Source: a virus
Virus record (IMG/VR): IMGVR_UViG_3300028195_000197
Coordinates: 3,248-67,247 of that record
Strand: one strand, 5' to 3'
DNA: 64,000 nt
Shown: piece after piece, positions 20,132-29,076 of the stretch
Layout of the letters: the number at the start of each line of letters is the position of its first letter
Numbering within the stretch: position 1 is the first letter of the stretch
The notes under the pieces: generated by a model
Databases searched by the model: none
What the model was told of the DNA's origin: nothing
Seen by the model: the letters and a program-made list of their open reading frames with translations, nothing else
Translations under genes and position numbers: made by a program

Positions 20132-21643
20132 CTATAGTGTCATAAACTCGGATTTCTTCCAAACCTTATACGGATTTAGTTCAAACATCCCGTTTGTGAT
20201 TGAAGTAACTCTATCGTCATGGACAACTTGAGTAAATCCATCTATCTGTTTCAGGGTTTCCTTGTTCCATGCAGCTTCCATCATATACATTCTACCCTCT
20301 TGTGCTAGAGAAAACCACAACAAGTTCGCAGCCAAAACACGATCTCCGACCTTTTTTACATCTAAACCCTTCACAGTATGCGCCTGTAACTCAGGAAATC
20401 GCTTGAAATACTCCTGAACTGCTGCAACTGTAATCTTTCCCGATGCTCCTGGCTCTTGCTCAACCATAACTGTAATGAGAGGGCCATCTGCTCTAGCCAC
20501 ATTCGCAATTACTTCTATAGCCTTTTTATCTCCCCAATGACCACCAATTTGATTTTGAATACAAAATATTGGTTTATCATTTGATTTTCCTTTGTGCTTA
20601 GAAATAAGAGTGCCTACCATTTCATCAGGATCATTCTTTGCTTGCTTCTTTTCAGTAGCAGCTAAATCCCAATATCTAAGAACATTAGTTTGGTCGGGAA
20701 GTAGCTCTTTGATTATCTTATTTTCTCCATCATCATTTGCGGTAAACCACCTAGCGTCACCAATCTTCCCTCCCTCTTCTGCAAAGTCTCCATCTACTTC
20801 TCTGTCTTTCAACCAGCCAGAAGGATAAGAGCTGAGAATAGACACATAAAATCCAGGATCAAGATTTTCTTTGTTATCATTGATAGACCCCTTGAAAGAA
20901 GAGATAAGGGAGTCCATACTAATTCCTTCTTTCTCCATAATTCCCAATACGACATCAGGCAAATCTTTTTCAATAAAGAACTCATAAAGCCAGTGGGACA
21001 TACCCATTGGAGTAGTAGTAGTCCATGCTTGAGGGTTTTTACCAACACGAACAGAAGCAATAGCCATTTTCCAAGCCATGCCTGTAAGGTCATTTCGACT
21101 TTCATCATACCAAAGCCAATTTATATTCGGGCCTCGTGCACTATCAGGATTTTTCAACCCTTTACACATTACAGTAGCCCCATTCAAAAACACCATTGTA
21201 AAGGGTTGAGATGGTTGCCATTCATCATTAGCACGAGGCTTTTGTGAAGGAACAACTAATTCCCAAGGAATCCACTGTTTGAACTCTTTCCAAGTAGAGT
21301 CTTTGAAATCAGAGAATAAAGGATTTATAACTGCTCCAGATTCTCCAGCTTTTATTTTATTTAGTGCTTTCTGTCCTCCCGCTCCCGTTTTTCCAGAACC
21401 TCTCCCTCCATAAAATAACGAAAATCTACTTAAACTAGATATGAATCCTGCTTGTGCTTCTGTAGCATTATATAAAGTCCCATCCTTCTTTATAAAATAC
21501 CCATTTTCGTCTACAGGCCAGACAAGGCTCTTCTTTTTTAAAATCCCAGCAGATTCTTTCGGAAACTCTACACCTCTTGACCTTAGTTCTTCTAAAACTA
21601 ATAAAAGAGAACGTTTATCATCCCGTGTAAAATTTTTACGCAT
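20132..21643 (-). CDS. terL: Terminase large subunit
   Basis: GGRGSGKT, WYDE, TTTP, WDLA, EQEPG.SG, HDD. Confidence 0.93.
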   Translation of the reverse strand: MRKNFTRDDKRSLLLVLEELRSRGVEFPKESAGILKKKSLVWPVDENGYFIKKDGTLYNATEAQAGFISSLSRFSLFYGGRGSGKTGAGGQKALNKIKAGESGAVINPLFSDFKDSTWKEFKQWIPWELVVPSQKPRANDEWQPSQPFTMVFLNGATVMCKGLKNPDSARGPNINWLWYDESRNDLTGMAWKMAIASVRVGKNPQAWTTTTPMGMSHWLYEFFIEKDLPDVVLGIMEKEGISMDSLISSFKGSINDNKENLDPGFYVSILSSYPSGWLKDREVDGDFAEEGGKIGDARWFTANDDGENKIIKELLPDQTNVLRYWDLAATEKKQAKNDPDEMVGTLISKHKGKSNDKPIFCIQNQIGGHWGDKKAIEVIANVARADGPLITVMVEQEPGASGKITVAAVQEYFKRFPELQAHTVKGLDVKKVGDRVLAANLLWFSLAQEGRMYMMEAAWNKETLKQIDGFTQVVHDDRVTSITNGMFELNPYKVWKKSEFMTL

Positions 21644-22184
21644 CTTCTACCCCTTCTTCAACTTCTACAACATCAACGTCAATTATTTCCCCTGCATCAG
21701 AAGCTCTCTCCAAGAGTTTTTGTGCTTCCAACATCAGATTTTCGTCTGACATTTTCAACATTTTTACTAATCTTTCAGAAATACCTCTGGAGATTCTTTC
21801 TAATTCTGCCCCCTTGAAAATTGCGCTAACAGCAGAAGACGAAGTGTCAAACTTATTATCTCTAAGCCATTCTATCCCCATCTTCTGTAACTCTTTACCT
21901 TTTGATGCCATTTGTTTTAGCATCAAAACTCTATGATTTACTAATTCGTCATCTACTATAGCTTCTGCTTTAGCATCTAACTCATCAGCATGAACATCCC
22001 AACTATTTTCATGTCTCCAATTTATTAGAATTGGAATAGATGGCTTTCTGCCATGTTCATCTTCATCCATTTTTGCTCTTAGCTTATCAATTCCAATTCT
22101 CCCCATTGAATACCAAGTATTGAAGCAATTCTGTTTATATGTCTTTGAATAGTTTTTATATATTTTTTTCTTTGGGTTACTCAT
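21636..22184 (-). CDS. Terminase small subunit (putative)
   Basis: Directly upstream of terL; HTH-like with W...W. Confidence 0.7.
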   Translation of the reverse strand: MSNPKKKIYKNYSKTYKQNCFNTWYSMGRIGIDKLRAKMDEDEHGRKPSIPILINWRHENSWDVHADELDAKAEAIVDDELVNHRVLMLKQMASKGKELQKMGIEWLRDNKFDTSSSAVSAIFKGAELERISRGISERLVKMLKMSDENLMLEAQKLLERASDAGEIIDVDVVEVEEGVEDA

Positions 22185-22190
22185 AAGATA

Positions 22191-22219
22191 ATTGTACGAA
22201 GGTTTATCTTATTTGTAAA
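22191..22219 (-). promoter_or_regulatory. Sigma70-like promoter, leaderless terS transcript
   Basis: TTTACA-N17-TACAAT-N6-ATG, no SD. Confidence 0.7.
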
Positions 22220-22226
22220 GAAGAAA

Positions 22227-23480
22227 TCATTTCCCAGTAGATTGCCACATTTCTTGCCATCCAAGTCTTTCTTCTTCCCAAACAAAACTCATAGTTGCTC
22301 TAATTGCTCCAGTATATCCAGATTCATGATGCCAATAATCAGTAGGAGCAATACCAGGAAGTCTGCGAGTTTTTACACCACCAACTTCAAGAACTTCCTC
22401 GTGGTGCAAATGACCACTATGAGTTTCCCTATATTTTGATTTCCCCCATTCTTCGCAGGCTTCAACTGCCAACCAATGAACTCTATTTTTCTTGGACATC
22501 TCACCATGCTCTAACCCAATAAGATTTTCCCCAATCAGTTTCCACTTACGATTAGCATGTCCTAAATCTGTACTAAATGTATCTACATCTCTATAATGAG
22601 AAGCCATTCTACAAGCTAAATGATACATAGAAAGCCCATCATGGTTTCCAGGAATATAAACGAATTCAACTGGAGCATATGTAAGAAGTTTATCTATCGT
22701 AGCAATAAACATCTGTGATGCTACATCAAACATCTCTAAAGGATTCATCCCATTCCCATCAACTACTTGCTGATGTCTTTCAGTCTGCTGCTTTCTGTTA
22801 GAGAAATGAAACATGTCTCCTAGAGGAGCAAATATAATCTTACTGAACCCCAAAGCATCTCTTTCAATACGAGCAAATACATCAGCCATCATTCTAGGAA
22901 ATATTTGCTCTAAATCACTATGATTTTCATTAAAGAAACGAGAACCTATATGAGCGTCAGAAGGACACATCTCTAAAACTCTTCTATTACTAGATAACAG
23001 AGAAGGGAATTTTACAACATTTTCAAATTTTTTGTTTTTATAATACTCTTTTATAGCATCAATCGAGATTTCCTGAACTGTAAGCGGTTTCACCCTAATC
23101 TTGCTTTGGAACTGAATCACTCTACCTTTATCTTCCATTCTTAGAGCGTGCCACATTCCACCAGTACTTTCAATTATTACCCATTTATCGGGGTCGTAAT
23201 TATGCGCTTTCATTAATGCACAATCATCATTCACATCCCCTTCAAAAATTTCAATAAGCCTATCAGATGAATATGTACCATCAACGTGTTTGTTATTTAT
23301 CATTCTAGATGACATAGGCTGATTTTTTACTAGAATTCCCCTTTTCTTGCGTTCTTTTGTAAAAAGGTATCTAATTTGCCTTTTTGAATGACCATGCTTA
23401 TCTGCTAATTCTTGCCAGAAAGGTTGTCCGTCACTTCTGTTCCAGCGTTTAAGACAATCATTAAAGATTTCTTCATTCAA
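22227..23480 (-). CDS. Calcineurin-like metallophosphoesterase with N-terminal HTH
   Basis: DAHIG, GD, GNHD, HG, GHLH. Confidence 0.85.
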   Translation of the reverse strand: MNEEIFNDCLKRWNRSDGQPFWQELADKHGHSKRQIRYLFTKERKKRGILVKNQPMSSRMINNKHVDGTYSSDRLIEIFEGDVNDDCALMKAHNYDPDKWVIIESTGGMWHALRMEDKGRVIQFQSKIRVKPLTVQEISIDAIKEYYKNKKFENVVKFPSLLSSNRRVLEMCPSDAHIGSRFFNENHSDLEQIFPRMMADVFARIERDALGFSKIIFAPLGDMFHFSNRKQQTERHQQVVDGNGMNPLEMFDVASQMFIATIDKLLTYAPVEFVYIPGNHDGLSMYHLACRMASHYRDVDTFSTDLGHANRKWKLIGENLIGLEHGEMSKKNRVHWLAVEACEEWGKSKYRETHSGHLHHEEVLEVGGVKTRRLPGIAPTDYWHHESGYTGAIRATMSFVWEEERLGWQEMWQSTGK

Positions 23481-23513
23481 TTTGAACTCCTATGATTTAT
23501 TTTACAATTCCCA

Positions 23514-23798
23514 CTAAATATAATCTTCCCTACCAAACATAACAAGATACTTTTTTCTACGTTCTTGAAGCATTTTCACATTTTCTTCCGATGCTCCCAT
23601 TCTATGATATTCAGAATGACACTCAGAACAATGTAATCCGATATTCTTCCAATCCTTCGCAATCTTACCACGAGATTTAGGAATAATGTGACTTCTTTCT
23701 GTACCTAAATTCCAACAAGTGCCTTTTTTTAGACCAATGCACCGACTATTAAATAACCATAAGATAAACTCTAAGCTATCACTAGGTTCTTTTTGCAT
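23514..23798 (-). CDS. Small HNH-type nuclease
   Basis: HIIPKSRG...N...C.ECH..YH. Confidence 0.75.
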   Translation of the reverse strand: MQKEPSDSLEFILWLFNSRCIGLKKGTCWNLGTERSHIIPKSRGKIAKDWKNIGLHCSECHSEYHRMGASEENVKMLQERRKKYLVMFGREDYI

Positions 23799-24188
23799 TT
23801 AGTCCACCAAATATTCAGGATTATCTCGATAAAATTCTCTATACTTCCTAGTCCCTTCTTTGTAACAAGAAAGAAGTCGTCTTTGAACGTTATATTTCCA
23901 AATCACTTCCAAATCAAAAGTTTCACTATCGTCCGTTTCAAACTGAACAACATACATCATGTAAATTCTTTTCGCTTCTTCTAAATTCTCTAATCCCCAT
24001 CTCCACATAGCTTGAACACAAGCCTCATGTGTATAAGGTCTTCCAGTATAAGGATTCTTTCCAAATTCTCTCTCATACCAAGCAGCCACTTTTCTGTAAC
24101 TTCCACCAGTACCCATTCTTACATAGTACTGACGAAAGAGAGCTTCCCCTTCCATTTCTTTTCTTTTTATCATTTTTGGAAATGCCAT
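23799..24188 (-). CDS. Putative HTH DNA-binding protein
   Basis: GSYRKVAAWY...NPYTG. Confidence 0.5.
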   Translation of the reverse strand: MAFPKMIKRKEMEGEALFRQYYVRMGTGGSYRKVAAWYEREFGKNPYTGRPYTHEACVQAMWRWGLENLEEAKRIYMMYVVQFETDDSETFDLEVIWKYNVQRRLLSCYKEGTRKYREFYRDNPEYLVD

Positions 24189-24197
24189 TATGTACCC

Positions 24198-24359
24198 TTA
24201 AACTAAATTAGATAAAAAATAAAATATTCCTATAGCGACAGAAAAAATGCCAATAAGTTCCCACCCAACACCATTTCCTTGAATAGCATTTCCAATAACT
24301 TCAGTACCAAAGAATATAGAACTAATTAATGTTAAAGATTTCAAAATTAAAATTATCAT
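24198..24359 (-). CDS. Small 2-TM protein (53 aa)
   Basis: Manual translation; AAGGAG RBS. Confidence 0.55.
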   Translation of the reverse strand: MIILILKSLTLISSIFFGTEVIGNAIQGNGVGWELIGIFSVAIGIFYFLSNLV

Positions 24360-24381
24360 TTTTTCTCCTTTAATTAAATAT

Positions 24382-24587
24382 ACTATATCACAGTGTCAAG
24401 ATATAAACATTAATATAAGATTAGAGTTTTAAGGGGTTATTTATTAGTTAAAATTAAGTTAATCTATTAATAACATACTTATTATAGAATCTACAAGGAA
24501 TTTAGTATATTTATTAATGTAATACTAACAAATACAACAAAATTCTCATGTTATTTTAATAAAAGTGTCAAGAATATATGATAGAAT
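24382..24587. promoter_or_regulatory. Divergent control region with back-to-back TAAT-box promoters
   Basis: Minus TAATGT-N19-TATAGT (24382-24424); plus TAATAA-N19-TAGAAT (24545-24587); very AT-rich. Confidence 0.7.
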
Positions 24588-24595
24588 GGGTTTAT

Positions 24596-24682
24596 GTCAC
24601 AGAGAACCTTATTAGTATCTCCCCCGCAATCAACATCTCTCTGTGACGGAATTTGTGTTGGTTGTTGGGGAGATATTAATAA
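24596..24682 (+). ncRNA. Pseudoknot-capable structured 5' leader
   Basis: Long stem 24609-35/24656-82; loop TCTCTGTGAC complementary to GTCACAGAGA at 24596. Confidence 0.6.
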
Positions 24683-24694
24683 ATAGGAGTAGAG

Positions 24695-24913
24695 ATGAAA
24701 ATTTTTAGTGCTAGTATTCTAAACAAGACAGGTGTAATTATTCCAGAAGGGCATTATTTTGGAGTAATGAGAGAACATACAGTTTCTTTTGTGTATGCAT
24801 CTAACATATATACTTTTTTGGTAGCAGATAATGTTACAGGAATAGATGTTCTTGTAGATATAGAAATGAAAATTGAAAATGGACAACAAACTTTTATAGT
24901 GGACACATTATGA
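24695..24913 (+). CDS. Hypothetical protein
   Basis: AGGAG RBS. Confidence 0.6.
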   Translation: MKIFSASILNKTGVIIPEGHYFGVMREHTVSFVYASNIYTFLVADNVTGIDVLVDIEMKIENGQQTFIVDTL

Positions 24914-25734
24914 AAACTAATTGGTTAGCAAATATTTTTAATTGGATAGGGGATGTATTTGATGTTTTCAATCCCGCAGCTTATCGTTTTCTTTCAGCGG
25001 TATTGCCTTATACCACTCCTATTCCTGTAGCATGGCTTACAATGGACAGTACAGCAGCATTTCTAAACTTCCCTCCTGGAATAGCTTTTACTTTTGTTTT
25101 TGGTTTGGAAGGCATGGGTTTATGGTTTACATCCATGTTCGTAGAAGCTGTCGTAGATTGGATTAAAAGTAAAAACTGGAAGACATTTTTTATTGTCGGA
25201 TTATTTGGAGCGGTAGTGGCAATTTATGTTTATTTGTTAGTTAGTCTAAATGTGAAACTAGAAACTGCTACAGGAAACACAGACCCTATTCTTTCTCAAG
25301 TAATTACTCTTCTTTGCTTCCTGCCTCTTTTAACAGGTATTGGTAACGGATACTATAAACTAAAATTAGAGCATGATGTCTCAACAGAAACAAAAATGAG
25401 TAAGAAAGAAGAATTAGAAGAAAGAATTCGGCAGGAGAAACGGGCAGATCGAAATAGACGATGGGAAATTAAACATGGTGTAAAAGTATATCCAAGTGAT
25501 GTCCAACTTGGACATGAACTTGGACAAAACCCATCTGTCCAAGTCTTAGATAATAACCAACTTGGACAATATGGTAGTAATTGGAAATCTAATGCTGAAA
25601 TGATGGATACAGAAACCTTAGAATGGATAACGTCTGCAAGTGCAAAAGAAATACAAAACACTTATCCAGTTAGTCGCTCAACTGCCTATAATTTGATAGG
25701 CTATGCTATAGAAGAATTAGAAAAGAGAGGATGA
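24910..25734 (+). CDS. Multi-TM protein with coiled coil and C-terminal HTH (SpdA/DUF2637-like architecture)
   Basis: 4 TM, charged coil, SAKEIQNTYPVSRSTAYN HTH. Confidence 0.65.
   Translation: MKTNWLANIFNWIGDVFDVFNPAAYRFLSAVLPYTTPIPVAWLTMDSTAAFLNFPPGIAFTFVFGLEGMGLWFTSMFVEAVVDWIKSKNWKTFFIVGLFGAVVAIYVYLLVSLNVKLETATGNTDPILSQVITLLCFLPLLTGIGNGYYKLKLEHDVSTETKMSKKEELEERIRQEKRADRNRRWEIKHGVKVYPSDVQLGHELGQNPSVQVLDNNQLGQYGSNWKSNAEMMDTETLEWITSASAKEIQNTYPVSRSTAYNLIGYAIEELEKRG
25491..25568. repeat. Cluster of TTGGAC/GTCCAA palindromic repeats inside the TM-HTH gene
   Basis: GTCCAACTTGGAC, ACTTGGAC...GTCCAAGT, CCAACTTGGACA. Confidence 0.75.
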
Positions 25735-25735
25735 A

Positions 25736-26293
25736 ATGAATAGATTTCTTAGATTGTGTGTGACAGTAGTGGGAATTGTGCTTTTAGGTCAGTCTATTAT
25801 ATGGAGCAAGGATGGATTTGGTCTTGATTTTGAGATAGGAAATGATTCTGTTGTTTTTGTGGGCTTTTTGTTGGCTATCGTAGCCTCATTGCTACAATTC
25901 ATTTTGTCCACAGATTTCATTGATCTGAATCCTACTTTGGTGTTCTTAGGAGTACTCGCTTATTTTTACTCCATTTATACAAATGCTGTGGGAATAGGAA
26001 GTCTTCAAGCAGAAGGGGCATCTCCTTTTATGAAATGGGCTTTAGCCTTTCTAATTGATATGTCTCCAGAGTTGATGATTTCATGGGGTCTAGGAGAGAG
26101 TCGGTCTGGAGACCTGTTTACTACAATTGGTAAATCCTTTGCTGATTATGCGTTTAGTGATAAGCCTCCTGAGAACAAGAAAAAGTTACATAATAAAAGA
26201 TATAATACAAATAAACCTTCGCATAAGTTTACAAGAGAAAAGGCTCGTGAGAATGAATTACGATATAGGCAGACAATTGGCAGAAGAGGGTAG
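25736..26293 (+). CDS. 4-TM membrane protein with basic tail
   Basis: Hydrophobic segments. Confidence 0.65.
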   Translation: MNRFLRLCVTVVGIVLLGQSIIWSKDGFGLDFEIGNDSVVFVGFLLAIVASLLQFILSTDFIDLNPTLVFLGVLAYFYSIYTNAVGIGSLQAEGASPFMKWALAFLIDMSPELMISWGLGESRSGDLFTTIGKSFADYAFSDKPPENKKKLHNKRYNTNKPSHKFTREKARENELRYRQTIGRRG

Positions 26294-26295
26294 TA

Positions 26296-26799
26296 GTGCC
26301 TTCTGGAAAGATTCATAATAGAGAGTGGAGAAGAAGGTTAAAGATTTGTACAATCTGGCTTCCTCTGCTCTCTTTTATTTTACTTGAATATACACTTTCA
26401 TATATTTATCCTTACTCGTGTGCAGGAAGACATTGTTTTACCAACTCTCTGCTCATATCCATAGGGATGCCTTTAGGATATTTGTTAGGCAGGATAGTTA
26501 CTCCAGATTTAGATCAGGCAAACATTACAGTGACAGAATGGGACGTAATGAGATGGCTAGGAGACTTTGGGGCTATATTTGTAGGTTATTGGATGTTCTA
26601 TGGACGTAGAATGAAGCATAGGAGCTTTTGGTCACATTCCTACGTGTTTAGTTCATTTATTCGTATGTTATACCAATTTTGGTGGATAGCCTTTCTTCGC
26701 CCTTCTGGTTTAGTGTTATTTATTTTATTTGGCGTGTTTGTTGGTTTATCTGTATCCGATGGGATACACATTTGGTACGACTATAATTATGATGAGTAG
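26296..26799 (+). CDS. DUF2227/YdjM-like metal-binding membrane protein
   Basis: MPSG..H, PDLD, HRS..SH, HI..D. Confidence 0.8.
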   Translation: MPSGKIHNREWRRRLKICTIWLPLLSFILLEYTLSYIYPYSCAGRHCFTNSLLISIGMPLGYLLGRIVTPDLDQANITVTEWDVMRWLGDFGAIFVGYWMFYGRRMKHRSFWSHSYVFSSFIRMLYQFWWIAFLRPSGLVLFILFGVFVGLSVSDGIHIWYDYNYDE

Positions 26800-26809
26800 G
26801 AGAATAAAT

Positions 26810-27043
26810 ATGTTTTATTATGTAATAGTGACTTTTTCTCTTGAAGATAAGGGATCGCGTTATAATGGAGTTGGATGTGTTTGGGCAGATGACCACAAAC
26901 ATGCGCTTAAAAAATCTTTATGTCTTTATGAGCCATATACCATCCATTCAATAGAGATTAATAAGTTAGAATTGGACACAATAAGAAAAACCGCCACTCT
27001 AGGAGGAATGGTGCTGGCGAGATTTGAAGAATTTTTATATTAG
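26810..27043 (+). CDS. Hypothetical protein
   Basis: AGGAG before ATG 26810. Confidence 0.5.
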   Translation: MFYYVIVTFSLEDKGSRYNGVGCVWADDHKHALKKSLCLYEPYTIHSIEINKLELDTIRKTATLGGMVLARFEEFLY

Positions 27044-27051
27044 GAGTAGAG

Positions 27052-27234
27052 ATGAAACTTTACACAAAGAAATTACAGCAGCAAAATAAAATGTTAGAAG
27101 AATACTTTATAAAGATATCTTTAAAGCATAGAGATATTCGGTTAGTCATTCTAAAACATTCATTAACCGCTTCTCTTGACGAATGTGGCGATACTTGCTG
27201 GTGTAATGAGATAGAAGACATTTTAGATAGTTGA
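27052..27234 (+). CDS. Hypothetical protein
   Basis: AGGAG RBS. Confidence 0.5.
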   Translation: MKLYTKKLQQQNKMLEEYFIKISLKHRDIRLVILKHSLTASLDECGDTCWCNEIEDILDS

Positions 27235-27265
27235 AGTTTTGTAAATGTAAGTCTATAATTTTAGT

Positions 27266-27613
27266 GTGGAAACTAAACAGGAGACTTTGATGACTATTGA
27301 TAAAGATAAATTTGTTGCTCTGGAAACGCGAGTAGAAAAGATTAGTAAAATCGTGATAGGGAATGGGGAAAAGGGTATGGCAGAAACTCTACGCAATGTA
27401 GGGGATGCCGTTGATAGAATAGAAGCAGCATTAACGACTCATGTTGAAAATGATAATTTAGAAGAAAGACGAAGAAAGTCTCGCAGAGAACGTCTCCTGG
27501 AAAAGTTTCTAATAGCCGCAGTCGCTTTATTGGGAACAGGAGTGGGGGGAGTCATTACTTATGGTTTTAAGTTATATCCTGTCTTGGAAAAACTGCTAAA
27601 TACAGTTCCATAA
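27266..27613 (+). CDS. Coiled-coil plus C-terminal TM protein (XhlA/holin-accessory-like)
   Basis: GNG..G coil, TM; TTGAAG-N17-TATAAT-N6-GTG leaderless promoter. Confidence 0.6.
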   Translation: METKQETLMTIDKDKFVALETRVEKISKIVIGNGEKGMAETLRNVGDAVDRIEAALTTHVENDNLEERRRKSRRERLLEKFLIAAVALLGTGVGGVITYGFKLYPVLEKLLNTVP

Positions 27614-27616
27614 ACT

Positions 27617-27659
27617 CTTATCTATTTTTAATGTTTTAACTCAAATAAAGTGGTATTAT
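27617..27659 (+). promoter_or_regulatory. TAAT-box promoter
   Basis: CTTAT-N6-TTAATGT-N19-TATTAT. Confidence 0.7.
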
Positions 27660-27660
27660 A

Positions 27661-27757
27661 TATCTAACATCTTCTCCTTTGATGTGTTGGGTACGCAAGA
27701 CAGACTTAGTAACTTTCTGATAGGAGCTACTAAGTCTGTCTGCATCAAATAGGAGAA
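27661..27757 (+). ncRNA. Structured ~95-nt RNA with anti-SD segment
   Basis: 14-bp stem AGACAGACTTAGTA/TACTAAGTCTGTCT; outer TTCTCCT..TTGATG/CATCAA..AGGAGAA. Confidence 0.55.
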
Positions 27758-27791
27758 ATCAATTTAATATTTTACATGGTGTAAACTACTT

Positions 27792-27947
27792 ATGGTTCAA
27801 TCCCCATCCAAAAAACTAATTTATTGTCCAGTGTGTAAGGAAGAGACTGTGCATACTCCACATCCTAATGATCTTGTAGCAATTCCAGATACGGAATATG
27901 TCGTATGTGAAAAATGTAATAGGCATAGGGCCTACTATAAAATTTAG
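27792..27947 (+). CDS. Small Zn-ribbon protein (51 aa)
   Basis: Manual translation: CPVC...CEKC. Confidence 0.5.
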   Translation: MVQSPSKKLIYCPVCKEETVHTPHPNDLVAIPDTEYVVCEKCNRHRAYYKI

Positions 27948-27970
27948 ATATGTATTCTGCATATCACTTA

Positions 27971-28417
27971 GTTGGGCGGCTTAACTGTCGTCAAAGTTAA
28001 AGGAGAAAAATGCCATTAGAATATATGCGCCAAAGTCCACCAGATGAAGACGAGGGTTTTGAATGCCACGTCTGCCATGATGATTATTCGGTAAACGCAG
28101 AGCATGTTCATATACGAAATCATAAAAAGGAAGAGATTTATTTTTGTTTTGGTTGTGCTGCGCTGATCCATGAACAAGTGAAAAAGGGCAGGTCAAATCC
28201 GTACAGCCATTTTTACTCTGGTTACGCAACAATAGCAGCTCTCAGGGAAGATATTGCCGCACTTAATGCCTATATAAAAAGAAGCCGCCCAACCAACGGG
28301 TGAAGCGGATTTGGCTTTCAGCGTTGGCGTAGAAGACTGTTTGGTTTGCGGTGCTGGCTATTGCATTTGTGATGAAAAAGAAAAGTCACCAAAGTAACCC
28401 GAAACCCGTGACATCCA
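27971..28417 (+). mobile_element. Integron-gene-cassette-like unit with degenerate attC
   Basis: GTTGGGCGGCTT (27971) and AAGCCGCCCAAC (28282) inverted repeat, then CAACGGGTGAAGCGGA L''-like box. Confidence 0.5.
28010..28303 (+). CDS. Zn-binding hypothetical protein in cassette-like unit
   Basis: CxxC..CxxC; flanked by GTTGGGC and GCCCAAC. Confidence 0.6.
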   Translation: MPLEYMRQSPPDEDEGFECHVCHDDYSVNAEHVHIRNHKKEEIYFCFGCAALIHEQVKKGRSNPYSHFYSGYATIAALREDIAALNAYIKRSRPTNG

Positions 28418-28432
28418 AAAGGAGATGATAGA

Positions 28433-28711
28433 ATGAACGAGAACGAGAAGTTTCTAAGAACAGCGATAGAGCATTTTGGAAACGACAAGCAGATGGTTGT
28501 GTGTATAGAGGAAATGGCAGAGCTTACACAGCAACTATCCAAGATAGTAATAGAACACCCAAACAAGGATAGAGAGAAAGTTGTGGAAGAAATGGCTGAT
28601 GTTGAAATTATGTTAAATCAAGTGAAGATAATATTAGAAATAGATGAGTTGGAACTAGAGAGATACAAAAGGATGAAATTAGAAAGGCTGAAAGGGATAA
28701 TTCAGCCGTGA
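28433..28711 (+). CDS. MazG-like NTP pyrophosphohydrolase
   Basis: EEMAEL...EEMADV. Confidence 0.85.
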   Translation: MNENEKFLRTAIEHFGNDKQMVVCIEEMAELTQQLSKIVIEHPNKDREKVVEEMADVEIMLNQVKIILEIDELELERYKRMKLERLKGIIQP

Positions 28712-29076
28712 CATCCATCACTTACCATGCGGAGAGTGCGGTCGCTGAAATAGAAGCGGCAGTATTCTCATTTGGTGTTATTGCTTTAGTTAGATAAGTT
28801 ACACATAGGGGGATAGATAGACTGTCTAGTTGTCAAGGGGGAATGATTTGGGGGAGATTAGAAAATGGTTTTATGGGATGGTGCTTGTGTTTTCCTGCCT
28901 TTCATCTTTCCCACAATTCTGACCATATTACTCCACATTCATTTGTGATATATAGTACATGCACATTAATTATTTCTCATAATTCTCTTATGCTCTACTC
29001 ATAGTAGCAGCGGGTTTAATGCTATCATATTGACAGGGGACGGCGCTTGCTGTCCTTACTATCAGAGGAGTTTATT

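Noticed and set aside
179-22439. Many plus-strand ORFs of 60-150 aa opposite the late genes, and minus-strand ORFs opposite 25-47 kb genes
   Set aside because: Shadow frames of well-supported genes; no RBS or motifs
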